The notes under the pieces were generated by a model. It was not told the origin of the DNA. It ran no database searches and saw nothing but the letters and a program-made list of their open reading frames with translations. The position numbers were made by a program, and so were the translations under genes. DNA of 32,000 bases, from NCBI RefSeq assembly GCF_000018105.1, contig NC_009925.1, forward strand, positions 1,620,001-1,652,000. The letters are read 5' to 3'. The DNA comes from Acaryochloris marina MBIC11017 (GTDB lineage Bacteria; Cyanobacteriota; Cyanobacteriia; Thermosynechococcales; Thermosynechococcaceae). Shown piece after piece: positions 18,488 through 28,943 of this stretch. Each line of letters opens with the position of its first letter. Within the stretch, counting starts at the first letter, position 1.

Positions 18488-19192
18488 TTAAGGTTGGCGA
18501 ATAAAGACCTGTGTAAAGAAATATTCCTCCCCCTGGCGGATAACGCCTACCCCCGTTTCTGTGACTTCCGCCCGTAGCATATTCCGTCGATGGCCAGGGC
18601 TATCCCACCATCCCATAATCGCCTGGGCCACTGGATCTGGCGCATTTTCATTCAAAGCCAAATTTTCGGCCACCAGATTGAACCGAACCCCGGCATTCAA
18701 TAAGCGTTCCAATGCCGTATTGCCTTGGGGATCAGCATGGCTAAAGAAGTTGTTGGCTGCCATATTTTGGCTATGTCTGCGAGCCACTTTAGCAACATCT
18801 CCATTCCACTGGAGGGGCTGTAGACCATAGGACTGGCGAATATCATTCACTTCTGTATAAATCAGCTGGGATAAATTGCTTTGAGCAACAGCTGTTGAAT
18901 CGCGCCTCGTTTTCTGAGAAGGAATCGGCTCAGGCGCTTCTAAGACAGGTTCTGGGGCAGGACGAGGGACTGACTTTCGCCGTCGGGGCTGTCGACGAAT
19001 GGTCGGCGTTTGTCGGGGCGTTTTACATTCAAAAGGGACCGGAAACGGCAATTTAATGGGGAGAGCGATACACCCCACCAATAACCAAGACAATGACTTT
19101 TGAGCACCTAGCCGGGTGCGTTGTCCCTTGTTCCCAACCTCATCCTGTTCCAACGCCGTCAACGACACCCGAGATAAGCTGGACTTAGCCAT
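18488..19192 (-). CDS. CAP/SCP (YkwD-like) domain protein with an N-terminal hydrophobic anchor
   Basis: The C-terminal domain carries LQWNGDVAKVARRHSQNMAANNFFSHADPQGN and GWWDSPGHRRNML, the CAP-domain signature. The Pro/Arg-rich linker is preceded by SLSWLLVGCIALPI. The start is taken at the ATG at 19192, because the track start at 19237 is a TTG. Confidence 0.65.
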   Translation of the reverse strand: MAKSSLSRVSLTALEQDEVGNKGQRTRLGAQKSLSWLLVGCIALPIKLPFPVPFECKTPRQTPTIRRQPRRRKSVPRPAPEPVLEAPEPIPSQKTRRDSTAVAQSNLSQLIYTEVNDIRQSYGLQPLQWNGDVAKVARRHSQNMAANNFFSHADPQGNTALERLLNAGVRFNLVAENLALNENAPDPVAQAIMGWWDSPGHRRNMLRAEVTETGVGVIRQGEEYFFTQVFIRQP

Positions 19193-19277
19193 AGGAATGG
19201 GTCGCGCACGTAATGAATTGGGAATTATTTTACCCAATAAACCGTGAACCCACCTGAGATATTGCTGAGTATTACGC

Positions 19278-22200
19278 TTAGGCAGACGTCAACATCTTTT
19301 CCGTCGCCCCTTCGCTGACTTCTGCCCGCTCTGCCTCTGAAGGGGGAACCACCTGCCAGAACTGCAGCAGATATTCTGACCAGTGATCTAAGATGTCTTG
19401 ACCTTTGGGACTACCTGTATGGTCTACATGGGTTTGGATTAAAGCCTTTAACTGTTGGGCACCCGCTTCCGTATTGACTCGCTGAATTTGAACAATCTCT
19501 GGGTTGACCTTAGTGGGAAAACTGCCATCTTCATCTAAGAAGTAGGCCAGTCCGCCTGTCATACCCGCACCCACATTACGCCCTGTCTCTCCAAGGACAA
19601 CCACGACACCACCCGTCATATATTCACAGCAGTGATCGCCTGCCCCTTCAATCACGGCTTGACCTTGGGAATTGCGCACGGCAAATCGTTCGCCCGCTTT
19701 ACCGTTGGCGTAGAGGGTGCCTCCGGTGGCGCCATAGAGACAGGTGTTACCAATAATCACGTTGTCCGCCGCAGCATAGGTGGCTTCTGGTGAAGGTTTG
19801 ATGGTAATTTCACCGCCATGCATGCCCTTGCCCACATAGTCATTGGCTTCTCCCACTAGGTTGAGGATCATGTTAGGTAAGGTAAAGGCCCCAAAGCTTT
19901 GGCCCGCACTGCCTTCAAAGGTGAGGTTAAGTTGCCCGGTAAATCCGGTATTGCCGTATTGTTTTGAGATCGCACCCGCAATCCGCGCCCCCACACTTCG
20001 ATCTGTATTCACAACCCTCACGGTTTTGGCCACAGTCGTTTGATTTTGAATCGCCTCCTGAATCTCAGCATTCTGAAGCAACTCATCATCTAAGACCGGA
20101 CCATTGCTATGAACTGGGCCATGATCCAACCAGCTCCGATCCGTGCGGGTGTCGGGAAGGTGGGTCAGACAATCGAGATTAAGCTGCGAGGTTTTGGTGA
20201 GTTGAGCATCCTCTCGCACCTGCAACAGATCGGCTCGACCAATCACTTCATTGAGGGAGTGATATCCCAGGTGAGCCAGCAGAGAGCGCACTTCTTCGGC
20301 AATAAAGTAGAAAAAGTTAACCACATGCTCGGGGATACCCGTAAATCGCTGGCGCAGCTTTTCTTGCTGGGTGGCAACCCCTACGGGACAGTTATTGGTA
20401 TGGCAGATGCGGGCCATAATACAGCCTTCAGCAATCATGGCAATGGAGCCAAAGCCGTATTCCTCAGCCCCCATTAGGGCCGCCATCAGCACGTCCCATC
20501 CGGTTTTTAGGCCACCATCGGCCCGGAGAATAACGCGATCTCGCAGTTGATTCACCATCAAAGCTCGATGCACTTCCGTTAGCCCCAGTTCCCAGGGGCT
20601 GCCTGCATGTTTAATCGAACTCAAAGGGGAGGCTCCGGTGCCACCATCATGACCAGAAATTTGAATCACATCGGCATTGGCTTTCGCCACTCCAGCGGCA
20701 ATTGTGCCAATACCAATTTCTGCCACTAGTTTGACAGAGACTTTGGCTTGGGGATTGATCTGATGCAGATCGAAAATCAGCTGAGCCAGATCTTCAATGG
20801 AGTAAATATCGTGGTGAGGTGGAGGAGAAATCAGCGTAACTCCAGGCTTGGAGCGGCGCAGCATGGCAATATAGGGGCTGACTTTTTTACCTGGCAACTG
20901 TCCCCCTTCACCAGGTTTTGCGCCTTGGGCCAACTTAATTTCAATTTGCTGAGCATTCATCAGGTATTCCGGGGTGACCCCAAACCGTCCCGATGCCACC
21001 TGTTTAATCCCGGAGCTAGCCGTATCGCCATTGCGAAGTCCTTGTAAATGGGGCAGTACGGCCGACTTACCGTTGGCATCTACATCAGAGAGCACCTTAA
21101 ACCGCACCGTATCCTCGCCGCCTTCGCCAGAATTGGATTTGGCTCCCATTCGGTTCATGGCAATCGCCAAGACTTCATGGGCTTCCCGAGACAAGGCCCC
21201 TAGGGACATGCCGCCTGTGCAGAAACGCTTGACGATGGCTTCCACCGACTCCACTTCCGTAAGGGGTATGGCGGTGCGATCGCTCTTAAAATCCAGTAAA
21301 TCCCGTAGGGCCGTCACGGGCCGACTCAGGAGCTGCTGCTTATAAACCTGGTAGTGGTCATGGTCTTTATCAGCCACGGCTTTATGCAAGGCCTTGGACA
21401 TATCCGGGTTGTTCATATGGTATTCACCCCCCGGACGAAACTGGATAAAGCCAAAGTTTTCTAGCTTTTTCAGATCCAATTCGGGGAAGGCTTTCTGGTG
21501 AAAAGCCATCGTCTCTTGAGCCAGTTCAGCAATGGTCAGTCCTCCCACCCGAGAGGTGGTGCCTGCGAACCCCAGCTCTAGAAGTTCTGGGCCAATGCCA
21601 ATGCCCTCAAAAATCTGAGCGCCCTGATAGCTAGAAATCAGGGAAATCCCCATCTTAGAGAGAATCTTGAGTAAGCCTGCTTCCACGGCTTTGCGATAGT
21701 TACTTTGGGCACCGCCAATGGTCATGGCTGGAATTTTGCCCCGCGTCATCAGCTTTTGGGTGCGCTCATCGGACCACCAGTGACGCACGGATTCTAGGGC
21801 CAAGTAGGGACAAATAGCCGCTGCCCCAAACCCAATCAAACAGGCAAAGTGATGGGTACTCCAGCACTGAGCCGTTTCCACAACCAGTGAAGCCTGCAGG
21901 CGAATTTCTTGTTTGACCAAATGCTGGTGGATGGCCCCCACCGCTAGCAATGGCGGGATATAGCTATAGTCGGCATTGAGCCAGGTGGTCTCTCCCGTGG
22001 GCGTCTGGCGATCGCTAATCACTAATATCTGCTGCCCCGATTGGACGGCAGCGGTGGCCTGTTTACAGAGGGACTGGACGGCAGTGGCTAAGCCTTCTGG
22101 GCCATTACTGAGGGGGAATAAGGTGGAGAGGGTTTGCACCCCAAAGTCTGAGCCTCGAATCGCCCCCAGCTCTGTTTCATTGATCACCGGAGAATTGAGC

Positions 22201-23909
22201 TTAATCAAGCGGGCGGCTTCTGGATCATGGTCTAGCAAATTGCGGCGACGCCCCAGCAGCGTCACCAGAGACATCACCAGTTTTTCCCGTAGGGGGTCAA
22301 TGGCAGGGTTAGTGACTTGGGCAAAGCGCTGCTTAAAGTAGTCGTAGAGCACATGGGGCCGGGACGACAAAATCGACAGGGGAATATCATCCCCCATACA
22401 GAAGGTGGGTTCCTTGCCATCCTTGGCCATGGCCTGCACCACCATTTCCACATCTTCGAGGGAAAAACCATAGGCCATCTGCTGCTGAAAGCAGGTCTGA
22501 GGCTCGGACTGGGGGCCCTCAGGAAAAGGCTGTTCTGTCAGGGGTTGACGGTGCGATCGCAACCAGTCTCCATAGGGATGTTCGGCGGCAATTTGAGCCT
22601 TAATCTCCCAATTGGTTTGCACCTGGTGGGTGGCTAAATCCACCGCAATCATATGTCCCGGTCCTAAACGTCCTTTGGTGACAATCTCGGATTCTGGAAT
22701 CGGAATCGCTCCCGCTTCAGAGGAAACGTAAACGGTGCCATCCTGGGTGGTACAGTAGCGAGCGGGCCGCAATCCATTGCGATCTAAGGCGGCTCCCACC
22801 ACTTTGCCATCGCTAAAGGCCAATAGAGCTGGACCATCCCAGGCTTCCTGAAGGCCACTATAGTACTCATAGAAATCAACGATTTCCGGGTGATCTGCCA
22901 GGGCAGGCTGGTTACGATAGGCTTCTGGCACCAGCATCATCAGCGCTTCCTGGGGGCTGCGCCCGGACTGTACCAGTAGCTCCAAAGTTTTATCTAAATT
23001 GGCTGAATCGCTGGCATTCGGATTGACCAGGGGACGCAACTCTTCAAAACGGTCTTGCCAATGGGGGTGACTCAGGGCCGATTGCCGAGCCGCCATCCAT
23101 TTGATATTGCCGAGCAACGTATTAATTTCGCCGTTGTGGCCCAAAAAACGCATGGGCTGAGCCAGGGGCCACTTCGGTAAGGTATTGGTGCTAAATCGAC
23201 GATGGTAAATGGCGAAGGAACTCAGATAGTCGGGGTTTTGCAAATCCTCATAGAAGGCTCCCAAGATTTCGGAGCGCACCATCCCTTTATAAATAATGGT
23301 GCGATGGGACAGAGAACAGAAGTAAAACTCGGGTGCCCAGTCTGCCCCTGTTTCAGATACGGCTTTTTCGATCTGCTTACGGACTAAATAGAGCTGACGT
23401 TCTAGTTCATCCCCTCTTAGGTTGGGCGAGGCTAGAAAGACTTGCTCAATGTCAGGCTGGTTGGCTCGGGCTTGTTCTCCCAACAGGTCGGGCTTGATGG
23501 GTACAGGTCGCCATCCGAGGACCTGGAATTGGGCTGAGATCGCAACTTCTTCCACAATCTGTTTACATTGGGCCAATGCCTCTGCATCCGTGGGCAAGAA
23601 CACCATCCCAACCCCCACCTGTTCTGCATCTGGTAGGGACTGATCTTGGGTAGACCACCATTGCTGAAAGAGCTGCCAAGGAACGGCCGTTAGAATTCCG
23701 GCTCCATCCCCCGAATCTCGGTCGGCACTACATCCACCCCGATGCTCCAGACAGGTCAGCCCGGTTAAGGCTTGCTGAATCAGATCATGATTGGCTTGGG
23801 GACTAGCAATAAATCCCACCCCACAGGCATCCCGTTCCTCTACGAGCCAAGGCTGCCCAGGAAAAATGGAAGCGGAGGAGGAATTAAGCGCATTCATGGT
23901 GTGAGTCAT
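19278..23909 (-). CDS. glsF: ferredoxin-dependent glutamate synthase (Fd-GOGAT)
   Basis: The ORF is 1543 aa. The N-terminal amidotransferase nucleophile context is [11 protein letters not shown]. The ORF has the FMN/3Fe-4S central domain and the C-terminal GXGXG beta-helix ([11 protein letters not shown]). There is no separate small subunit, consistent with the Fd-dependent type. Confidence 0.93.
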   Translation of the reverse strand: MTHTMNALNSSSASIFPGQPWLVEERDACGVGFIASPQANHDLIQQALTGLTCLEHRGGCSADRDSGDGAGILTAVPWQLFQQWWSTQDQSLPDAEQVGVGMVFLPTDAEALAQCKQIVEEVAISAQFQVLGWRPVPIKPDLLGEQARANQPDIEQVFLASPNLRGDELERQLYLVRKQIEKAVSETGADWAPEFYFCSLSHRTIIYKGMVRSEILGAFYEDLQNPDYLSSFAIYHRRFSTNTLPKWPLAQPMRFLGHNGEINTLLGNIKWMAARQSALSHPHWQDRFEELRPLVNPNASDSANLDKTLELLVQSGRSPQEALMMLVPEAYRNQPALADHPEIVDFYEYYSGLQEAWDGPALLAFSDGKVVGAALDRNGLRPARYCTTQDGTVYVSSEAGAIPIPESEIVTKGRLGPGHMIAVDLATHQVQTNWEIKAQIAAEHPYGDWLRSHRQPLTEQPFPEGPQSEPQTCFQQQMAYGFSLEDVEMVVQAMAKDGKEPTFCMGDDIPLSILSSRPHVLYDYFKQRFAQVTNPAIDPLREKLVMSLVTLLGRRRNLLDHDPEAARLIKLNSPVINETELGAIRGSDFGVQTLSTLFPLSNGPEGLATAVQSLCKQATAAVQSGQQILVISDRQTPTGETTWLNADYSYIPPLLAVGAIHQHLVKQEIRLQASLVVETAQCWSTHHFACLIGFGAAAICPYLALESVRHWWSDERTQKLMTRGKIPAMTIGGAQSNYRKAVEAGLLKILSKMGISLISSYQGAQIFEGIGIGPELLELGFAGTTSRVGGLTIAELAQETMAFHQKAFPELDLKKLENFGFIQFRPGGEYHMNNPDMSKALHKAVADKDHDHYQVYKQQLLSRPVTALRDLLDFKSDRTAIPLTEVESVEAIVKRFCTGGMSLGALSREAHEVLAIAMNRMGAKSNSGEGGEDTVRFKVLSDVDANGKSAVLPHLQGLRNGDTASSGIKQVASGRFGVTPEYLMNAQQIEIKLAQGAKPGEGGQLPGKKVSPYIAMLRRSKPGVTLISPPPHHDIYSIEDLAQLIFDLHQINPQAKVSVKLVAEIGIGTIAAGVAKANADVIQISGHDGGTGASPLSSIKHAGSPWELGLTEVHRALMVNQLRDRVILRADGGLKTGWDVLMAALMGAEEYGFGSIAMIAEGCIMARICHTNNCPVGVATQQEKLRQRFTGIPEHVVNFFYFIAEEVRSLLAHLGYHSLNEVIGRADLLQVREDAQLTKTSQLNLDCLTHLPDTRTDRSWLDHGPVHSNGPVLDDELLQNAEIQEAIQNQTTVAKTVRVVNTDRSVGARIAGAISKQYGNTGFTGQLNLTFEGSAGQSFGAFTLPNMILNLVGEANDYVGKGMHGGEITIKPSPEATYAAADNVIIGNTCLYGATGGTLYANGKAGERFAVRNSQGQAVIEGAGDHCCEYMTGGVVVVLGETGRNVGAGMTGGLAYFLDEDGSFPTKVNPEIVQIQRVNTEAGAQQLKALIQTHVDHTGSPKGQDILDHWSEYLLQFWQVVPPSEAERAEVSEGATEKMLTSA

Positions 23910-24368
23910 GATCGGGTTCAGAATATAGGGGTGAAAAAATGGCTGCGCTATCTCAAGATGCAGCCCAAAAAGTTCAGCGGATCGCCTTCAATCCCAGTAG
24001 TGCACAAAGCAATCGGGAGAAAATGTATCTTATGTAACCAAAGGATAATCCGCCTAACGCAGATGTATCGGATAATGCCGGAATCCTTGGAATACTTAAG
24101 GTTCCCTCTCTACAGTCAATGAAGGCAGGTGTCTGTGAAGAAGGAGAGGGGCAATCAGATGTTGTGCTCTGCGTATTAAATCTTAACGCAAAACATCCCG
24201 AATCTACCGTTGCCTTTGCCAGCCTCATCTAAAGGGCTCTTGTACATTTCAGGATAATTTTTGGTCTTTCAGAATTAATGTCAAATAACAATTCGGGGAA
24301 CTGAGTTGGGACTGGTTATATTCGATGTGCCAGAGCAACCACAAAACGGACTGCAGTTCATCCATGCG

Positions 24369-25106
24369 TTATCTGCCATTTGGGTCGGTGTAATCAGGTG
24401 CAATATGGCGAATGTAGTCAAGTTCTAATTCCAGCATCGGTATTTTTTCGTTCAGCTTGAACCAAATCACGTTTTCGATCCAAAACCGATATATAAATTC
24501 GTCAAAAGATTTGGCTGCGATTGAAGTCGATTCCATACAGTTCTGAACTAATTTTGGAGAAGCCTCAAAGTCAATTGAGTCTAGAAACGGTTCATCATAA
24601 TCAGCCGAAGAAGAAATAACGAAATGTGGTGCATTCGTTGGGAGATAGATATACCAACAGACGCAAACTTGCTGATCATTTAAAAATCTAAGAATGAAGT
24701 CTCCTTGCCGAAAGGGACTTTCAATAATTCTTTCTGGTAAGTCAAAGTAACAAGCTGTGCAAGAAGGAATACGCTCTTGAAATTCAAATGACCGAGCCAA
24801 AGTGAGAAATGTACTAGGCAATTCGATCCCAAGGGAAATAGCCTCCCTTTCTATTGTTTTTAGTTGCCTAGCGTATTCGTATTTCGCTTTCTCATCTAAG
24901 CGATAATCCTCCATCTCTGCGTCAATAGTTGGATGGAGTGGAGGTAGCCAAGCGCAGTCTGGAGCAAGTTTAGGAATCGGAGGCAGCAGATCATAGGCAG
25001 ACGATGAGTACGTTGGTTTTGTTGGACGAATGTCGCCCAGGCCAAAGGTAACCCAGTCATATTCAAATAGCGATTCAGCTCTCATACTGCTGACATCCCG
25101 AATCAT
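24369..25106 (-). CDS. hypothetical protein, SMI1/KNR4 (SUKH)-like immunity-protein flavour
   Basis: The ORF is 245 aa. Its central block LPSTFLTLARSFEFQERIPSCTACYFDLPERIIESPFRQGDFILRFLNDQQVCVCWYIYL resembles SUKH-type proteins from memory only. GC is lower than in its neighbours. Confidence 0.4.
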   Translation of the reverse strand: MIRDVSSMRAESLFEYDWVTFGLGDIRPTKPTYSSSAYDLLPPIPKLAPDCAWLPPLHPTIDAEMEDYRLDEKAKYEYARQLKTIEREAISLGIELPSTFLTLARSFEFQERIPSCTACYFDLPERIIESPFRQGDFILRFLNDQQVCVCWYIYLPTNAPHFVISSSADYDEPFLDSIDFEASPKLVQNCMESTSIAAKSFDEFIYRFWIENVIWFKLNEKIPMLELELDYIRHIAPDYTDPNGR

Positions 25107-25141
25107 TTCCCCTAGTCATTTATTCCCGTTGAACTGGAGTT

Positions 25142-25654
25142 TCACACCTTCTTAAGACCATACATAAACTCTCCAGCAATCAGAGAACCTTGAGCAGACT
25201 TGAACTCTGTCTTATATCGAACAGGAAAGAGACTTGTTGATGTACCTATGACTGATTGGAGCTGTTCTGCTGTTCGCTGATTCTCTAGTTCAAAAAGTGG
25301 GTTTCGGCTAAAAATAAACTCTTCTTCTCGGTAAAAGAGGGTTAAACAGAATGCGTCCTCATTCATAATAAAACCCTTAAGCTCTAAGCCATTATTGGTT
25401 GTAATGGTTGCTCGGATGAAGATTCTCATACGGTCTGGGAAAGGGTTGTACTCAAGTAACGTGTACACGCAGTGTTCATTTCCAGGCGAATTTTTTTCCA
25501 ATAAATGAAGCACTTTTTCTCGATCCAGTCCCCAGCGCTCCAAGTCTGCAATTTCCTCCCAGTCATAATGTTCTGACCATACCGGGTAATCATCAAAGTC
25601 TTGCTCCGAGAGTTGACTTTGAGGAAGTACTCGAAACTTAGCTATGTTTGACAT
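25142..25654 (-). CDS. hypothetical protein (possible immunity-like orphan)
   Basis: The ORF is about 170 aa from MSNIAKFRVLPQ. The start is moved to the second ATG to avoid overlapping the divergent gene. I recognise no catalytic motif. Confidence 0.35.
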   Translation of the reverse strand: MSNIAKFRVLPQSQLSEQDFDDYPVWSEHYDWEEIADLERWGLDREKVLHLLEKNSPGNEHCVYTLLEYNPFPDRMRIFIRATITTNNGLELKGFIMNEDAFCLTLFYREEEFIFSRNPLFELENQRTAEQLQSVIGTSTSLFPVRYKTEFKSAQGSLIAGEFMYGLKKV

Positions 25655-25677
25655 GCCTGCTTGCAACATTAACTCTT

Positions 25678-26421
25678 ATGCCGCCCATCTTGGCTTATAA
25701 CGAAAGCTCTCTGCCTGCTCCATCCTTAGGCGAACGGTTACAGCTTGCAGCTGAACAGCATCTCGCTTTAGAGATTGCCAACCACGGCAACTTAGATCTG
25801 GCCCCTTATCTTAAAAGAAATATCCCGATCGCAGCCGTCCAAGCCTATGCCATGCATGACGTTCATCCTCTCCATACAAATGCCCGGCATCGGCAGCAAG
25901 CCCTTCATCATGTCTACCAGACATTGGAAGTTGCAGCTCAACTCCAAGCCCCCCGAATCGTGACCGTTTGTGGATTTGGCACTGCTGTGGTTGATTCCCC
26001 CTTTGAGCACTGCTTAGACTTTTTCAGTCGTTGTGCCGCTCAAGCCAAAACCCTCGGCATCAAAATTATGATTGAGCCATTAAGTCCGCGACGGTGTACA
26101 GCGATGACCGAACCCTACCGAATCGGTCAGCTCGTGGAAACCTTAGCAGAACCCGAGGTATTCACCACTCTGCTGGATACCGGACATCTCCTGGATAGTG
26201 GCTACGACCTGGAAGCCTTCTTATCCAACTGGCCTTTTCCCACAGAAGAGCTTCAACTGAAAGGCCCCAATTCAAGCCCGCCTAATTTCTCCTTGGGACA
26301 ATGGCTAAGGCAACTGCCGTTTCAACCTGCTGTCTTATGTGTGGAGCACCGCCAACCTATTACACTCTCTGGTTTTAATCAGTTGATCTCAGCAATACGC
26401 TTGGTGTTTTCCCCTCAATAA
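25678..26421 (+). CDS. xylose-isomerase-like TIM-barrel protein (sugar phosphate isomerase/epimerase family)
   Basis: Motifs typical of the AP_endonuc_2 fold are PRIVTVCGFG, IKIMIEPLSP and LLDTGHL. The start is taken at the internal ATG (MPPILAYNE). Confidence 0.5.
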   Translation: MPPILAYNESSLPAPSLGERLQLAAEQHLALEIANHGNLDLAPYLKRNIPIAAVQAYAMHDVHPLHTNARHRQQALHHVYQTLEVAAQLQAPRIVTVCGFGTAVVDSPFEHCLDFFSRCAAQAKTLGIKIMIEPLSPRRCTAMTEPYRIGQLVETLAEPEVFTTLLDTGHLLDSGYDLEAFLSNWPFPTEELQLKGPNSSPPNFSLGQWLRQLPFQPAVLCVEHRQPITLSGFNQLISAIRLVFSPQ

Positions 26422-27218
26422 CGACTGACTTTACAAGCCCAATCATCTTGAAAAATCAGCGGTAACCCATCCTGAAAGACAAGCAGTTCACCGGGTTGGA
26501 TGGTAGTCCAGGTTTCGTTATCCGTTAGACAAGTGGTGGCGATAATGGCGACGCGATCGCAAGGTGTTGCCAACTCCTGAAAATCAACCGTCAAATCTTC
26601 ATCAATTAGGTGTGCTGCCGCAAAGGGAGACTGACGAACGATATAGCAAAGTTTGGTGGAACAGTGCACAAACAGGTGTTTTCCATCTGAGAGCAAATAG
26701 TTGAAAATCCCATGACTGGCAATGGCCTGGGTCATCTCTTGCAGCACAGGGAACAGCTCCTCCATGGGCGGTTGTTGCTGGGGAAATTTATCTCTGAGCT
26801 GATTCATAATCAAGCAGAAGGCTCGTTCACTATCCGTTTGGCCCACGGAGCGATAGGTGCCTAAACTTCCAGATTTCAGAGTGGGTAGGTCCCCATTATG
26901 AGCAAATACCCAATGTCGCCCCCACAGTTCCCGCGTAAAAGGATGACAATTTTCTAAGCCCACTGGACCAATGGTGGCTTTGCGAATATGAGCGACAACA
27001 TTGGTGGACTTAATCGGGTATTCCCGAATCAGTTTTGCAATGGCAGAGGTGGCAGAAGGCTTGTCATCTAGAAAAACTCGACAGGCTGCTCCTTCAAAAA
27101 AGGCAATTCCCCACCCATCTTTATGATCGTCCGTTTTGCCACCTCGGGCGCAGAACCCTTCAAAGGAGAAACAAATATCCGTTGGCCCATTACAGTTCAT
27201 CCCCAATAACTGACACAT
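26415..27218 (-). CDS. class II (Ntn) glutamine amidotransferase, YafJ-like
   Basis: From the ATG at 27218 the ORF reads MCQLLGMNCN, with Cys2 as nucleophile. It also carries DGWGIAFF, NCHPF and FAHNG, the GATase_4/6 signature. Confidence 0.75.
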   Translation of the reverse strand: MCQLLGMNCNGPTDICFSFEGFCARGGKTDDHKDGWGIAFFEGAACRVFLDDKPSATSAIAKLIREYPIKSTNVVAHIRKATIGPVGLENCHPFTRELWGRHWVFAHNGDLPTLKSGSLGTYRSVGQTDSERAFCLIMNQLRDKFPQQQPPMEELFPVLQEMTQAIASHGIFNYLLSDGKHLFVHCSTKLCYIVRQSPFAAAHLIDEDLTVDFQELATPCDRVAIIATTCLTDNETWTTIQPGELLVFQDGLPLIFQDDWACKVSRY

Positions 27219-27387
27219 GAGCGATCGCAAGCAGTTCTACGCCGTCGATTGTAGGTGGAAAGGGAAAGAGGCCGCAACAAAATACCATGCCAATTCCCAC
27301 AATCTTGCGCGCAAGAAATTGAGCGTTTGCACCTATCTAATGGAGGTGTCCTGTACTGTGTTGAGTATTCGGCAGGTAGAGAGCATC

Positions 27388-27462
27388 ATGCTTTACGACA
27401 CCATTGGGAAAAGCTACGCCCAAACCAGACAGAGTGATCCACGCATAGTAATAAAGCTGTGA
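27388..27462 (+). pseudogene. 24-codon stub of a class I SAM-dependent methyltransferase
   Basis: MLYDTIGKSYAQTRQSDPRIVIKL* matches the characteristic N-terminus (MYDxIGxxYxxxRxxDPRI) of a methyltransferase family as I remember it. It then stops, and no SAM-binding motif follows. Confidence 0.4.
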
Positions 27463-28943
27463 AAAATTTTAGAGCCTTTTCAGGCTTCTCCTGGTTTTCT
27501 CACCAGCCAATTCCAATGAACTGAATGAGTGAGCAAAATCGATTAATTTAATCGCTAATCGGTAGCCGTTTTTGACTCACCTACTCAATCTGTTCTATTA
27601 TTTTCCTCGATCTTTCTTCAGTAAGTTGTCGAAATTGGGGTAGAAATGAGGTTTTTATGAGGCAGAGTGTCTAATAACTCGTTATTTCGATTTATTATCT
27701 GACAAATAGCATATAATCCACTGAAATAGGGTGTTATGGGACAGGTGGTATCTAATATTATTTATGGGTGTGTTATGCGATAGTCTGACGTATAACATAG
27801 TTAGCTCTCCTGTCTTATCGATAAATTCATAATTTGCAGTCATCTAGAAGTAGCCAGCTCATCTTCTTTTGGCTGAAGTTTGAACACACTTTTAACCAAA
27901 CGTAACAACAAGACAACACAAAAGAGCACAAAAAAGCATTTTTATTGCGATCCTTTGTTTTTAGACTTTAATTCAGTTACCTCTTCAGGCGTTTCACTGG
28001 CGTTTGGAGTTGCTATAGCAATCCTACGTGAATCGTGAGAGGGAGGATCAAGCCAGACAAGGATTCTGTTGCACTCTGTTCTCACAAACGGAATCAGATT
28101 GCTATATGGCTATACTTTGAGAGTGCTTTTGGCTATTTTTGGGATGTATTTATGGCTTTCAGTTTCTATACTTCATGGTTCCAGTCTAACCAAGCAATAC
28201 AGCGAGATGTTCATTGCAGCCTAGAGTTTGAGTTTTTGCAATTATTGCTTACACCTCTGATTGCGTTCCGTTAGACGACTCTATCTTTTGTACTCCCCAT
28301 ATTACTCTTCTAGTGATGGCTAGAAAGCTTGTAGCGTTAGGTCGCGATTGCTCTTGAGTTATCTGTAATTTAGTTATTGGGGAACCAAAATGGCTAGTTG
28401 CTGCAGAAGCAGATTAGTCATAGAGATATACGATGTTGTCAGCAAAAGTAAACACTTGACTATGAGCAGTATAGGAGCTACGTCCAATCATCCTGCAAGC
28501 CTTGCCTGACATGAATTGCAGCCAAAGAGTGAGAAGCCTCTCATACTCTGACTGAGCAAGAGTTCTAGTTAACTTTTCATACAGTCTCTCAGTCTGATTG
28601 TTAATGTTGTTCTGTTTTTGGGGGGCATTTCTAAAGTAAATCCTAAACTAAACTAAACACCTTCAGGCAAAGGTTTTGGGGCATGAATGACAACCCTAAG
28701 CATGCTTAACGATGAAAATAGATAGTTCAATTACTCAGTAAAGATTCCAGGATGTCTTTACCTTTACTTTAGAAACAACCTCTTATCTATTTGTTTAATG
28801 AGGTTCTTGAACTATGTTCCCAAAATTTGAATGTGTCAGGACATACCGCAATTTTTTAAATCAAAGTATTGAAGTGACTGGTAAACCATCTGAGAGTTCA
28901 CTATTTATTTTCAGAAAGTCTCATCTAAGGTCCTATTTAAACT

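Noticed and set aside
19843-23643. Numerous 60-123-aa ORFs on the plus strand and in alternate minus frames inside the Fd-GOGAT gene, for example 20109-20477, 20974-21345 and 21976-22341.
   Set aside because: They lie entirely within a confidently identified 1543-aa gene. Their translations are low-complexity and Arg/Pro/Gly-rich, typical of shadow frames in GC-richer coding DNA.
24024-24039. TGTA-N8-AACC about 120 bp upstream of glsF, reminiscent of an NtcA site (GTA-N8-TAC).
   Set aside because: Only one half-site matches the consensus. Without a mapped transcription start or a -10 box at the right spacing, it is not distinguishable from chance.
27217-27462. An 81-aa plus ORF (and the 27255-27437 alternative) starting inside the amidotransferase 5' end.
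   Set aside because: Only the last 24 codons, from the ATG at 27388, look like a real protein, the methyltransferase N-terminus. The upstream part overlaps the divergent gene start and looks random.
28035-28274. A 79-aa ORF in the ORF-poor stretch before the S8 gene.
   Set aside because: It has no motif, an odd composition (Phe/Trp-rich), no obvious ribosome-binding site, and surrounding sequence that looks like decayed DNA.
28643-28657. A (CTAAA)x3 pentanucleotide repeat, noted during a general check for CRISPR-like arrays.
   Set aside because: It has only three units and 15 bp. I saw no repeat-spacer periodicity anywhere in the window.
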